A stretch of 63,745 nt of DNA, filler included, from an uncultured Planctomycetaceae bacterium (GTDB taxonomy: Bacteria; Planctomycetota; Planctomycetia; Planctomycetales; Planctomycetaceae), in the NCBI GenBank assembly GCA_963976765.1. It is 4 parts of 3 records of this genome, joined end to end, with 100 filler letters (N's around TTAATTAATTAA, not from the genome) between each part and the next. Parts side by side here need not be neighbours in the genome. Positions count along the whole stretch, not along the records: positions 51,280 to 63,745 come from CAXBME010000064.1; 3 more parts are not named here. One strand, given 5' to 3'. Within the stretch, counting starts at the first letter, position 1; each line of letters starts with the position of its first letter. Positions 54,159-63,729 of this stretch are shown one piece after another. The notes under the pieces are model-generated. The model was given only the letters and a program-made list of their open reading frames with translations, did not search any database and had not been told where the DNA came from. The position numbers and the translations under genes are program-made.

Positions 54159-54659
54159 TTATCGTTCGTCACCGAGTTCCGAACTGCTGATGTCTTTGTC
54201 TGCCGACTCGCCGCCTTCACGTTTGTCTGCGCCCAGCGCGATGACCTCATAAGGATCAGTACGTCCCGGGTAGTTGTACTGGTACGGAGTTCCCCAAGGG
54301 TCATTCGGCAATCGATTCAGGATTCCGTCTGGAAACTTATCTGACGGAGTAACAAGTGCTTCGAGCCCCTCCTGGTTGGTTGGGTAGCGGTCGTGCATTG
54401 TGTAGAAGGTCTCGATAGCTTGACTGATCTTGGCGACCTCTGTTCGAGCAACGTTTTGTTTGCTGGTGATCATGTAGCCGCGAACGCTGAATGTGACGAC
54501 ACCGGCCAGCAGGCCAATGATCACAATGACGACCATCAGTTCAACAAGCGAGAATCCCCGACGAACGGAATACGCCCTCAGGTCGCACTTTCGCGGTTGT
54601 CCCGAAAGCCTCGTTTCAGGTTGCCGATATTGTTTCCGACTGGCGCTGACATCAGTCAT
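54159..54659 (-). CDS. gspG: T2SS major pseudopilin GspG
   Basis: RG|FSLVELMVVIVIIGLLA; YPTNQEGLEAL; LPNDPWGTPYQY; LGADKREGG.S..DI. Confidence 0.93.
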   Translation of the reverse strand: MTDVSASRKQYRQPETRLSGQPRKCDLRAYSVRRGFSLVELMVVIVIIGLLAGVVTFSVRGYMITSKQNVARTEVAKISQAIETFYTMHDRYPTNQEGLEALVTPSDKFPDGILNRLPNDPWGTPYQYNYPGRTDPYEVIALGADKREGGESADKDISSSELGDER

Positions 54660-54702
54660 TCCTGTCGAGTCAAATGTCGCCGATGTCCTCAGCTCATTGC
54701 GT

Positions 54703-55914
54703 TTACAAAACATTGCCCGCCTCCAGAATCGGCAACACTGTTGCGAATAAAATAAAGCCCACGAATGCCGAAAGCACCAGGATCAGAATCGGCTCCAGCA
54801 GTGTCATCAACCTCATTGAGAGAGTATTGACCTGTTTCTCGTAATCCTTCGCCAGCCGGTCGAGTGTATCTTCAAGCCGGCCGGTTTGCTGTCCCACGGC
54901 AAATACCTGCACAACTGCTGGAGGAAAGACATTCGTCCGCTGCAGGGCGACGCCGATCTCGACTCCCATGCCGACTTCCTCGCTGCAGTCGATCAGAGCT
55001 TCGCGAAGCACCACATTGTCGATGGAGCGTGCTGCGATTTCGAATGACCTCAAGAGTTCAACGCCACTCCGAAGCAGCACGCAGATTACCATGGCCGCTC
55101 GACTGATGCCTTGTTTTCTTGCCATCTCGCCAACGAGAGGTAACCGCAGTAGGAAGCGATGAAAAGTGCGTTTCCCGCGATCGCTTCTTAAAAACGTCAT
55201 TGTCCCGACCGTTGTCAAAGTCACGACCACGAGCAATCCGACCCAGTGACCGACCAGAAAGTCGCTTCCAGCCTTCAGCACAATCGTCGGCCATGGAAGT
55301 TCGCGACCGGCATCGACCAGGTTCTGAAGCAACATCGGAACGACAACGGTCATCAGGAACACACTGACTCCCACGGCGCAGACGAGAACAACCAGCGGAT
55401 AAAGCAGTGCAGTCAGCACCTTGTCCTGTAACTCAAAGGCCCGCTCTCGAAAGTCGGCAAGTCGGCCAAGGACGTCGTCAAGATTTCCAGCATTCTCGCC
55501 AACTTCGACCATGTGGACGGCCAGGTCGTCAAATGCTTCGGGCGTTGCCCGCATCGCCTCCGAAAGACTACTGCCCGTAGAGACCTGCTCTCGAATCTGC
55601 AGCAGGCATCGTTCCATCGGCCCGGTTTGTTGCTCCAACGAGATGTCCAACGCTTCAAGCAGAGGGATTCCCACCCCCAGTAAAGTGGACAATTCACGAA
55701 CCACTTCTGCCACCGTACGAGGGCGAATTCGTGACCACAAAGTTGGCAGTGTGAACTCTGCACCGGTTCGTTTTGCTGCGTCTTCCGCTAGCGAAAGAAC
55801 AACCAGCCCCTGTGCCCTGAGTTGCTCTCTGGCCTGTACCGGAGTGTCGGCCGCGAGGGTTCCACGGTGCACTGAAGCGGCGGCATCGGATGCTGTGTAA
55901 GCGAATACTGGCAA
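54703..55914 (-). CDS. gspF: T2SS inner-membrane platform protein GspF/PilC
   Basis: MPVFAYTA start (TTG); LSTLLGVGIPLLEAL, GENAGNLD, ALLYP, GQQTGRLE, LLEP; 403 aa. Confidence 0.93.
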   Translation of the reverse strand: MPVFAYTASDAAASVHRGTLAADTPVQAREQLRAQGLVVLSLAEDAAKRTGAEFTLPTLWSRIRPRTVAEVVRELSTLLGVGIPLLEALDISLEQQTGPMERCLLQIREQVSTGSSLSEAMRATPEAFDDLAVHMVEVGENAGNLDDVLGRLADFRERAFELQDKVLTALLYPLVVLVCAVGVSVFLMTVVVPMLLQNLVDAGRELPWPTIVLKAGSDFLVGHWVGLLVVVTLTTVGTMTFLRSDRGKRTFHRFLLRLPLVGEMARKQGISRAAMVICVLLRSGVELLRSFEIAARSIDNVVLREALIDCSEEVGMGVEIGVALQRTNVFPPAVVQVFAVGQQTGRLEDTLDRLAKDYEKQVNTLSMRLMTLLEPILILVLSAFVGFILFATVLPILEAGNVL

Positions 55915-56013
55915 GAGTTCAGACCAGAAATCGTGCGGAAATGGATTTGTTTGAGGGAGCCTACTGGAAGCTGATGATGTCCACAAATATTTTCAAGATG
56001 GTCAAATTAGTTC

Positions 56014-56042
56014 TTGACAAACTGGCACAGTGGATGTGTACT
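56014..56042 (+). promoter_or_regulatory. Possible sigma70 promoter for the accessory gene-RHS unit
   Basis: TTGACA-N17-TGTACT in the AT-rich divergent intergenic region. Confidence 0.35.
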
Positions 56043-56226
56043 GACTTCTCCTTCAGGTTCTGGCATATCGGTACAAAGTGTCACGTCTGCCTTTTGCTCT
56101 ATTTGTCAGCTTCTCCTTCGGGCCTTTGCTTTATTCGCTTCTGAACGTTTCATTCGAAACGTGCTGCCGTGACGGCAATCTCCCATTCAGAGAAGTAACA
56201 TCCCTGACTCTTAGGAGACGCTTTTT

Positions 56227-57033
56227 ATGCGCTCGAAGTCGCGTGCGTCGCTGTATCTCAGTGGGCTGGTTTTGGTCGTGCTGGTCGCCGTTGCGATCTT
56301 CTTTCGTTCCCGCCCCGAAATTCCGCTTGTGGTGAACCGCGACGGGGAATTGGCGAGCGGCGTCCGTCAGATTGTCGAAGTCGGTGGTGTGCGGAGGCCT
56401 GCCAGTGACATCCGCCCGTTTCTTAAGCCGAAAGACCCCGGCAAGGATGACGACGGGAAGCCGCTGAGCGATTACTTCACGGATTACGGGACGACTCCTC
56501 CTGTGCCGGCTGATGCGAATCCTCAAGTGGCGTCGGCGGTTGCAGCCTTACGAGGGAACCGCAACCCGGAACGCGTTTCGCTGTTTCATAAACCTCAACC
56601 GTTCGATGCTGAGGAGTTTGCTCGAAACCCGGATGCCTATCTGAATGTCGTTGAGCCAGGGCGAGCGTTTCGTGCGGCACAGCCTGGACCGGGGGTTCCC
56701 ACACTGAAGGGGATGAGCCCTGCTCTGCAGTATGCAGAACAGGGCGAGTCCGTTTCTCTGAAAGTAAAAACAGTTGCCGGCGCTCCAGTGACATTTACGT
56801 CGCTCGATCTGGGAGCGTTCGAAAACCGGCTCACGACGATTACGGTCCGAGCGGACAACAAAGGGGTGGCACGAACAGCATTTAGTGGTCCGCCAGGCAC
56901 GATTGGTGATGTCAATATTCTGGCGGCCTCGCCAATGACATCCGGCCAGGCGAAGTACACCGTCCACGTGACAGAGCCTCGGCAGACGGCAGCACTTGGA
57001 TCGGTCCGTACAGGCCAGGCAGCAAATAACTGA
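56227..57033 (+). CDS. Membrane-anchored hypothetical protein with a C-terminal Ig-like beta-sandwich
   Basis: AGGAG RBS; N-terminal TM helix; PVTFTS...VRADNKGVARTAF pattern resembling bacterial Ig-like domains. Confidence 0.75.
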   Translation: MRSKSRASLYLSGLVLVVLVAVAIFFRSRPEIPLVVNRDGELASGVRQIVEVGGVRRPASDIRPFLKPKDPGKDDDGKPLSDYFTDYGTTPPVPADANPQVASAVAALRGNRNPERVSLFHKPQPFDAEEFARNPDAYLNVVEPGRAFRAAQPGPGVPTLKGMSPALQYAEQGESVSLKVKTVAGAPVTFTSLDLGAFENRLTTITVRADNKGVARTAFSGPPGTIGDVNILAASPMTSGQAKYTVHVTEPRQTAALGSVRTGQAANN

Positions 57034-57162
57034 GTTGTGAAATCGGAAATCGCGATAACAATCAGAAACTGGGCATTCGCGGAGCGATCCTGCGGGTTTC
57101 AGGTTTCGCAATACACAAATTACATCGTCGCACACACTGTAAAACAGTCGTGAATTAAGGGA

Positions 57163-60100
57163 GTGGGCAACATGGTTAGTCGTATAGTGAAGTCGTCACG
57201 AAAATGGTCACTTGCGGTCTTTGCTGTTCTGGTGGCGGGGGCAGTGTATCTGACCCTTGATAACAAGCCGGAGCCGGCAAAAGCGCAAGGCGGCGGAGGG
57301 ACCCCGACTCTTGCGACGATCCCGAATCCGCCGGCAGTGACCGGCGGCTCGATCGTCACGCCAACAAAAGCGTTTTCGATGGCTGGGCCGACGGCACCAC
57401 AACGATGCATGAATCGTGGATGTGCCCCGAGTTGCGCGACGGCAAGTGCTCTGGGCTCGCCATCCGGCTCATACGGAACCCCAGCAGGTAGCGGCGGGGG
57501 AGGTTGCGGAACAGGTAAGTGTGGAGGTTCAACAAGTCCTGCGCCGACCGCGCACGGCGTGCCGGCCGGCTTGATATCGGGAGGCGGCTCTTTTGTCCCC
57601 TCAACGACAACTGGCAGCACCATGGGAACTTCCACGGCGATTTCTGCCTTGGGGCGCGCTGGTGGGCATCCGGCCATGACCAGCACCGGTAACTCGATTA
57701 TTGATAGTCAGACTTTGAACTACATCCATTACGCCTGGGACTGGCCGGCGAGTAACGGTTTGCGGATTGAGCGAATTCATCGATACCGGGACATGGACCG
57801 GCAAAGCAGTTTTGGTCCTGGTGTCTTTTCGAACTTTGATGCACAGCTCCGGCTCTTTGATGTTGGCAGTTCGGGGAACCCGCTTCCCGTGGTGGAGGTT
57901 TTTGACCCTCTTGCCAATTCGACCCGGCGGATGATGCCAGCAACAGCCAGTGATCAGAGCCGATTCGTTGACAATAACAGTGTTTCAAATTCTCATCAGT
58001 ATAAAACGTCCCCACTGGTTCACGACGATGCCCTGAAAAGCCATGCCTATCGCGAGCTACGACTGCTGGACTCTTCCGGTCAGCCAGCCGCCACAGACTA
58101 CACGCAGGCTGTATCGGCTGAACTGGTTCTGCACTCCGGGGATGTTTTTCATTTCGAGATCATTCAGGCAGGCTCTGAGTTTATCGATATCGACACGGGT
58201 GAGGCATTTCTGCAACCTCGCGATGGGCGTCTGGTCTCTATTCGAGACCACACGAATCGCGGGATGACGATCTCGTATAAGTCATGGACTGAAGCTGAGC
58301 TGCAGGAATCACCAGAGAGGCAATGGCAGATTGACACCGTGACGGACGCTCACGGCGTGTCAGCCCAGTTCCACTACGGCCAAACGCAGGTGGCGACTCG
58401 CTGGGCAGTCAGCCAGATTGACCTGCCCAACGGTGAATCAGTCAGCTACACCTACGAAAATGATCAAATCACAGCCGTCAATCATCCGGATGGCAGTCAG
58501 TCGACTTTCGCTTATGGCTGGGAGTCGGTTTCGCAGACGACAAGCCTGACATTTTTCGACCCCTCAGCAGAGGGTAGTCACCGCACGAAACAAGTCTATC
58601 TGTCAAATAATCTTGTTGACGTTGACGGCTTCGTCTACACGTCCTCATCAAACCTGGTGCGCGTCGTCGTTAATGGAGACGGCGAAGTCACGTACATGAA
58701 TATGCAGACCGGTCCATCCAATCAGATGTACGTCTACGGTGGAGCCGGGAAAATGTTCTATCCATCCGGCGGTAATCATTGGACTGACGGTTGGGACATC
58801 GACGAGCCATCGCCGGAGATTCCCCTGGTGTGGGGAGGAAATCTGCCGCAGACTAATCTTGACGACACATCAAACCGTCTTGAACCAAACGGAACAACCT
58901 GGGGGTACCCCGGGGACTCTCTGAGCTACTCCGTCGGAGCGCCTGCCTACATTTACAATGAGCACGGCACCAGCACGCAGTACGCCTACACTTCATCCAA
59001 CGCAGCTCTTGCCAGTGTTACTCATCCAGACGGGAGCACGGAAAGCTATACTCGAGACTCAGAAGATCGCGTGACAATGTATACCGACCGACTGGGGCGG
59101 TCTCGGCAGTTTACTTACGACGACCGAGGCAATCTGACGAAGCTTGATCTGTTCAAGTGGAGCGCTGCCGACGACTTTTACGAAGACTACTGGGACGGAG
59201 ATGACACTTACGGTGACTATGGCCAGGAAGACTATACTGAGAACAATATCCAGGCGACCTGGAACTGGGAGTACTTCCCGGCCGGCCATGTGAATGAGTT
59301 CATGCTGGCGGCATTCATTGACGCCAATGGTAACCGGACTGACTACGAGTACGACAGTAATCATCGCATCTCCAAAGTGATCGAGCCGCCCGACTTCGAA
59401 GGCGACCCGCGAGCCACCACCGATTACACATGGGATAACATTGGCCGCTTGACGGTGATCTCCGATCCATCGGGCAGCGTTCGTCAGTTCGAATACGACA
59501 ATCGTAACCGCCTGATCAAGACGACGTATTCAGACGGCACCAGCGAACGAAAATTCTACGGCACGGGCGCCAATGCCAACCTGGTGGTACGTTCTAAAGA
59601 TCGCCGAGGCGTTCTGACTGACTACGAATACGACGCGACAGGTCGAGTGACCAAGACAATCCTGGCCGCCGGAAACATGGACGAAAGCGGCAGTGAGTTT
59701 CCACTCAGCAGTCCGACTGTCACCGTTGAAAACACGGTTGAGTATCTGAACGGCACCGACCTGCCGGTCACAACTGTCTCTGCCGGAAGCCGAACGGACT
59801 ACACCTACGATTACAAGCATCGAATGGTAGCGAAGTCAGTCTATCCAAACACGGAGACCACACTGACGACACACAATGTTTATGTCGACAACCGCAAGCT
59901 CTACGAGCAGGACGCATACGGTCGCCGCAAGTACTTTGGATATGACAATTCATCCGGGCGAATGATCCGCACAATCCAGGCAACTGTTCCTGAATTCGTG
60001 CCAGACGGCAACAACGCCTACTTTGATGGAGATGCTTTTGCTGCTACGTACCTGGGCGATGGAACAACTTTCCAGCAACTCCTTGACTACCTCGAGCAGG

Positions 60101-63100
60101 ATGGTGGCGTCACGGGCGAAGAGGGGTACGGCATGTACTTCGGCATAAACGACATCATCATGTCACACGTCCGAAAACCCGATCCCGACGTCAACGGTCA
60201 TGCAATTATAACAGACGCAGTCTATAACCAAGACGGGCAAGCACTTGAACGAATAAATGGAAGAGGTTTTTCCACTCAATACCAATTCGATGCTGGCAGA
60301 AATATTACGGCCGAGGTCATGGCGTCTGGGACCGCAATTGAGGCTCGTACAGAGCGAGACTACGACGCACAGGGCAATGTTCTGTTTATTCGAACACCTC
60401 GCTACTTCGATCCCGACGATGCTCAAGGGTTCGAAAAAAGCCAAACGGCACTGACGTACACAGGGCGAAACCTTCTTGCCACACGCGAAGTCGCAACAAA
60501 TACGCCAGAAGCGGCTACTGAGTCATTCACCTATGATCTAAGTCGACAACAGAGCTCACATACTGATTACCGAGGCGCCTTGCATCAAACTCTACGAACC
60601 TCATGTTGCAACCGAACCGTACTATCTATTAACCCAGCCGGAAACGGAGTAGTGACACATAGAGACGCTTTAGGAAACATTACCCATCAAGTTAGTGTGG
60701 CAGACGCTGAATTGCACACTGATTTGCACGACCCTTTGAACGGTTCAACCCTTCGAGAGACGACCAATCGATATGACGAACTCGGACGGATAACTGCCAG
60801 TACAACGTGGTTAACTCCGCTTGGGGTAGTTGACACTGACTCTCCTGTAATCTATGACGGAGCTCCGATCAATTCTACTGCACAAGCTCCGGCTCAAGGA
60901 ATCTATGGTCTGACAACGCATTGGAGCTACACATATAGTCTTGATGACGACTCAGCGATTAATAACCAGCTCAATGAGCTAGCTGCCGATTCTCTTATTG
61001 CACTGAACCTTGACGGAAGCGCAAGCAAAAAGGTGTCCCCTTCTGGAATATCAACCATAGATATTACCGACTCAACTGGACGCACCGTCGCGAAGGTTAC
61101 CCTTGAGTCAAATGGAGAAATCGTCGAATCCGTTAGCAATGTTCACGACACGATTGTGAGTTTGCCAAGCTACGGAGAAGTCGTCGAGTCTAGTCGAGTC
61201 GACGCATTGGGGAACGTACTACGGCACCGTCGAAACGCATTGGGAAAAATCGTCGAAGTAGTAGACGCAAGCGGCAATATCGGAACTGTTCAATATGATC
61301 CAAACGGCAATCGCGTAGCAACAAACGACCCAAATGGAGTCGGCTACATTCTCGTCTACGACGAACTTGATCGAGCGATTTCCGCAACAGACGCCCTCGG
61401 CCATGCACAGCACACTCGGCACGATCGTGAGGGAAATACAATCTCAATTACTGACCCGAAAGGAAATCAGAGAGTCATTACATTAAATGTTCGTGGCCGT
61501 GCAACTTCAATGATTGACCGTCTCGGCGGAAATTCCACATCTGCCTATGACGCGATGGGTAATCGCATTTCAGTTACAGACGCTGATGGTGCAACTACTG
61601 AGTACGAGTACGACAACACAGGACAAAGAATCGCAATTCTTTCACCAGGACACGAAACAGGTTCCCAGCCAGGCGACCCGACTTACAGAAGAGTGCAGAT
61701 TCAATACACGGCAAGCGGCGACGTTTCCAGCAACTTGTCAGCAGCTGGATTAGAGACAAGGTACAACTACGACTTAGCGGGACGTGTGATTGAACGCATA
61801 ATTGAAACCAACGACAACGAAAGCGACACACATCAGTTCGACTACAACGCCGACAGTAAGATGATTTCTGCCACAACTGCAGCATATGCTAATGTCACTA
61901 CATTCAAATATGATGGATCTGGACGGCTAATCGAAGAGACACTGCACACTGACGCAACGCAATTCCAAACCGCAACGACGTTCGACTCTGCCGGGCGACC
62001 AGTCGCCTTTACATTTCCAAACGGATCAACTGACGTCCGAGCATATTCTCAGACAGGCGGCCTGCTGTCTGTACAATACGACGGTTCGCCTATTGTTACC
62101 CGCCAATACGATAATGGCGGACGAGTCAGTCATGCAATTTATGGCAATGGGATACATACCGATTACACGTACTTCGCCGACAATCGTCCCAATACGATTG
62201 CCAGTACTGCAGTGGGGAATTACGCATATGACTACGACGCAAATAAGAACCGAACGGGCGAAACGATCACTGGCGGATCCAGTGGATATGGATATGTGGC
62301 AACAATCGACAATAAGGATCGATTAACGAACTGGAGCCGAAATAACGGTTCGTCTAACATTTCTTGGAACCTCTCCTTGGAAGGAGATGCACTGTCGCGC
62401 ACCGAATCCGGCAACACTGAGATGAGGGGCTATTCTCAATCGCATGCAGTAGAATCTTCCGGCAACACGTTATATCAGTCCGATGTGGATGGCAGACGCA
62501 TTGAAGGTGATGGTCGAATCTACCAGTGGGGGCTTTCCAAGAGCGTCGATCGGATCATATCAGACAGCTCTGATACGACGTTTTCATATGACGCGTTCGG
62601 ACGCAGAATAGCAGTTACCTCGGATGGCAACACTTCCATGTTAATCTGGAGCAAAGATCGTCTCGTCGGCGTTTATGCGCCGGATGGCTCTTTAAAGCAG
62701 AATCGTATTACCGGGATTCACATTAATGAAGTTTATGCACTTGCGCAGACAGATGAGATAACCTATTGTCACTCGGATCCGCAGTTTAACGTCCGAGCCT
62801 TCAGCAATAGTGCGGGAGCAGTTGTAGAGTATTGCAACTACAGCCCGTACGGCAGCATCTCATTACTGAGCTCTGCTGGTGTCCCGATTGAAGAGATTTC
62901 GACGCCGTGGGCACCGACTTTCATGTCGCAACTTAGTCAAGAGGTCGACGGCCTGTCACTGTTTCGACACCGAGTCTATGACTCGCAGTCCGAACGTTTT
63001 CTTCGGCCAGACCCCGTCGGCTACGAAGACGGTTTGAACAGGTACGCGTTTGTCGGAAACAATCCACTGCGGTTTCGCGAAGTCAACGGACTAAAAAAAG

Positions 63101-63672
63101 AGGAAGGAGTGGAAATTGACGCGGGTTTTGGCCATTCAATTTATGTTGTTGAAGCAAAGTTTCAAGATCTTGAGGTCGATTGCTGCTGGAAAGGTGGAAT
63201 TGTAAAAGGAAAGAAAATGTCGTTCTCTTTAGAGGCGGCTATTGTGCTTGGGCTTTACTATAAGGTTCATGTTCCACTTGGGATTGGAATGATCCCTATT
63301 CTTATTGATTTTGGGGGCGGCTTCGAGCTTGGGAGGCTGAACGTAAAGTTGAAAGATGAATGCTCTTCGTGCCCCGCATGGAATAGAGAATGCTGCTGCG
63401 ATTGTGCAAGTGTTGGAATAGCGTTCGGACCAAGAGCGGAGATTGATTACATTATTGGCAGAGCTTGGTTTGCTGCCTACGGGCAGGTGGACGGGCGAAT
63501 CTGCTTTTCGAATGGCAGAGGATGCAAGAAGAACGGCTTTGCAATTGGAATCTGCGCAAGCGGGACGGCAGAGGCTGGATATCGGAATTTCTGGATGGTG
63601 AATCGGTGGTTCGAAACCATTGATGAGTGCTGGGGCACAGACCCCGATATCTTGGAGTGTAATAAGTTATAA
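57163..63672 (+). CDS. RHS/YD-repeat protein with an N-terminal signal/TM segment and a Cys-rich C-terminal domain
   Basis: Many YD repeats (YDDRGNLT, YDATGRVT, YDAMGNR); core end RVYD...RFLRPDPVGYEDGLNRYAFVGNNP. Confidence 0.95.
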   Translation: MGNMVSRIVKSSRKWSLAVFAVLVAGAVYLTLDNKPEPAKAQGGGGTPTLATIPNPPAVTGGSIVTPTKAFSMAGPTAPQRCMNRGCAPSCATASALGSPSGSYGTPAGSGGGGCGTGKCGGSTSPAPTAHGVPAGLISGGGSFVPSTTTGSTMGTSTAISALGRAGGHPAMTSTGNSIIDSQTLNYIHYAWDWPASNGLRIERIHRYRDMDRQSSFGPGVFSNFDAQLRLFDVGSSGNPLPVVEVFDPLANSTRRMMPATASDQSRFVDNNSVSNSHQYKTSPLVHDDALKSHAYRELRLLDSSGQPAATDYTQAVSAELVLHSGDVFHFEIIQAGSEFIDIDTGEAFLQPRDGRLVSIRDHTNRGMTISYKSWTEAELQESPERQWQIDTVTDAHGVSAQFHYGQTQVATRWAVSQIDLPNGESVSYTYENDQITAVNHPDGSQSTFAYGWESVSQTTSLTFFDPSAEGSHRTKQVYLSNNLVDVDGFVYTSSSNLVRVVVNGDGEVTYMNMQTGPSNQMYVYGGAGKMFYPSGGNHWTDGWDIDEPSPEIPLVWGGNLPQTNLDDTSNRLEPNGTTWGYPGDSLSYSVGAPAYIYNEHGTSTQYAYTSSNAALASVTHPDGSTESYTRDSEDRVTMYTDRLGRSRQFTYDDRGNLTKLDLFKWSAADDFYEDYWDGDDTYGDYGQEDYTENNIQATWNWEYFPAGHVNEFMLAAFIDANGNRTDYEYDSNHRISKVIEPPDFEGDPRATTDYTWDNIGRLTVISDPSGSVRQFEYDNRNRLIKTTYSDGTSERKFYGTGANANLVVRSKDRRGVLTDYEYDATGRVTKTILAAGNMDESGSEFPLSSPTVTVENTVEYLNGTDLPVTTVSAGSRTDYTYDYKHRMVAKSVYPNTETTLTTHNVYVDNRKLYEQDAYGRRKYFGYDNSSGRMIRTIQATVPEFVPDGNNAYFDGDAFAATYLGDGTTFQQLLDYLEQDGGVTGEEGYGMYFGINDIIMSHVRKPDPDVNGHAIITDAVYNQDGQALERINGRGFSTQYQFDAGRNITAEVMASGTAIEARTERDYDAQGNVLFIRTPRYFDPDDAQGFEKSQTALTYTGRNLLATREVATNTPEAATESFTYDLSRQQSSHTDYRGALHQTLRTSCCNRTVLSINPAGNGVVTHRDALGNITHQVSVADAELHTDLHDPLNGSTLRETTNRYDELGRITASTTWLTPLGVVDTDSPVIYDGAPINSTAQAPAQGIYGLTTHWSYTYSLDDDSAINNQLNELAADSLIALNLDGSASKKVSPSGISTIDITDSTGRTVAKVTLESNGEIVESVSNVHDTIVSLPSYGEVVESSRVDALGNVLRHRRNALGKIVEVVDASGNIGTVQYDPNGNRVATNDPNGVGYILVYDELDRAISATDALGHAQHTRHDREGNTISITDPKGNQRVITLNVRGRATSMIDRLGGNSTSAYDAMGNRISVTDADGATTEYEYDNTGQRIAILSPGHETGSQPGDPTYRRVQIQYTASGDVSSNLSAAGLETRYNYDLAGRVIERIIETNDNESDTHQFDYNADSKMISATTAAYANVTTFKYDGSGRLIEETLHTDATQFQTATTFDSAGRPVAFTFPNGSTDVRAYSQTGGLLSVQYDGSPIVTRQYDNGGRVSHAIYGNGIHTDYTYFADNRPNTIASTAVGNYAYDYDANKNRTGETITGGSSGYGYVATIDNKDRLTNWSRNNGSSNISWNLSLEGDALSRTESGNTEMRGYSQSHAVESSGNTLYQSDVDGRRIEGDGRIYQWGLSKSVDRIISDSSDTTFSYDAFGRRIAVTSDGNTSMLIWSKDRLVGVYAPDGSLKQNRITGIHINEVYALAQTDEITYCHSDPQFNVRAFSNSAGAVVEYCNYSPYGSISLLSSAGVPIEEISTPWAPTFMSQLSQEVDGLSLFRHRVYDSQSERFLRPDPVGYEDGLNRYAFVGNNPLRFREVNGLKKEEGVEIDAGFGHSIYVVEAKFQDLEVDCCWKGGIVKGKKMSFSLEAAIVLGLYYKVHVPLGIGMIPILIDFGGGFELGRLNVKLKDECSSCPAWNRECCCDCASVGIAFGPRAEIDYIIGRAWFAAYGQVDGRICFSNGRGCKKNGFAIGICASGTAEAGYRNFWMVNRWFETIDECWGTDPDILECNKL

Positions 63673-63729
63673 TCGAGTTTAATGAGTTTGTGGAGATTGC
63701 ATTTCTCTGTGTTTTCGGCTGACTTGTAC

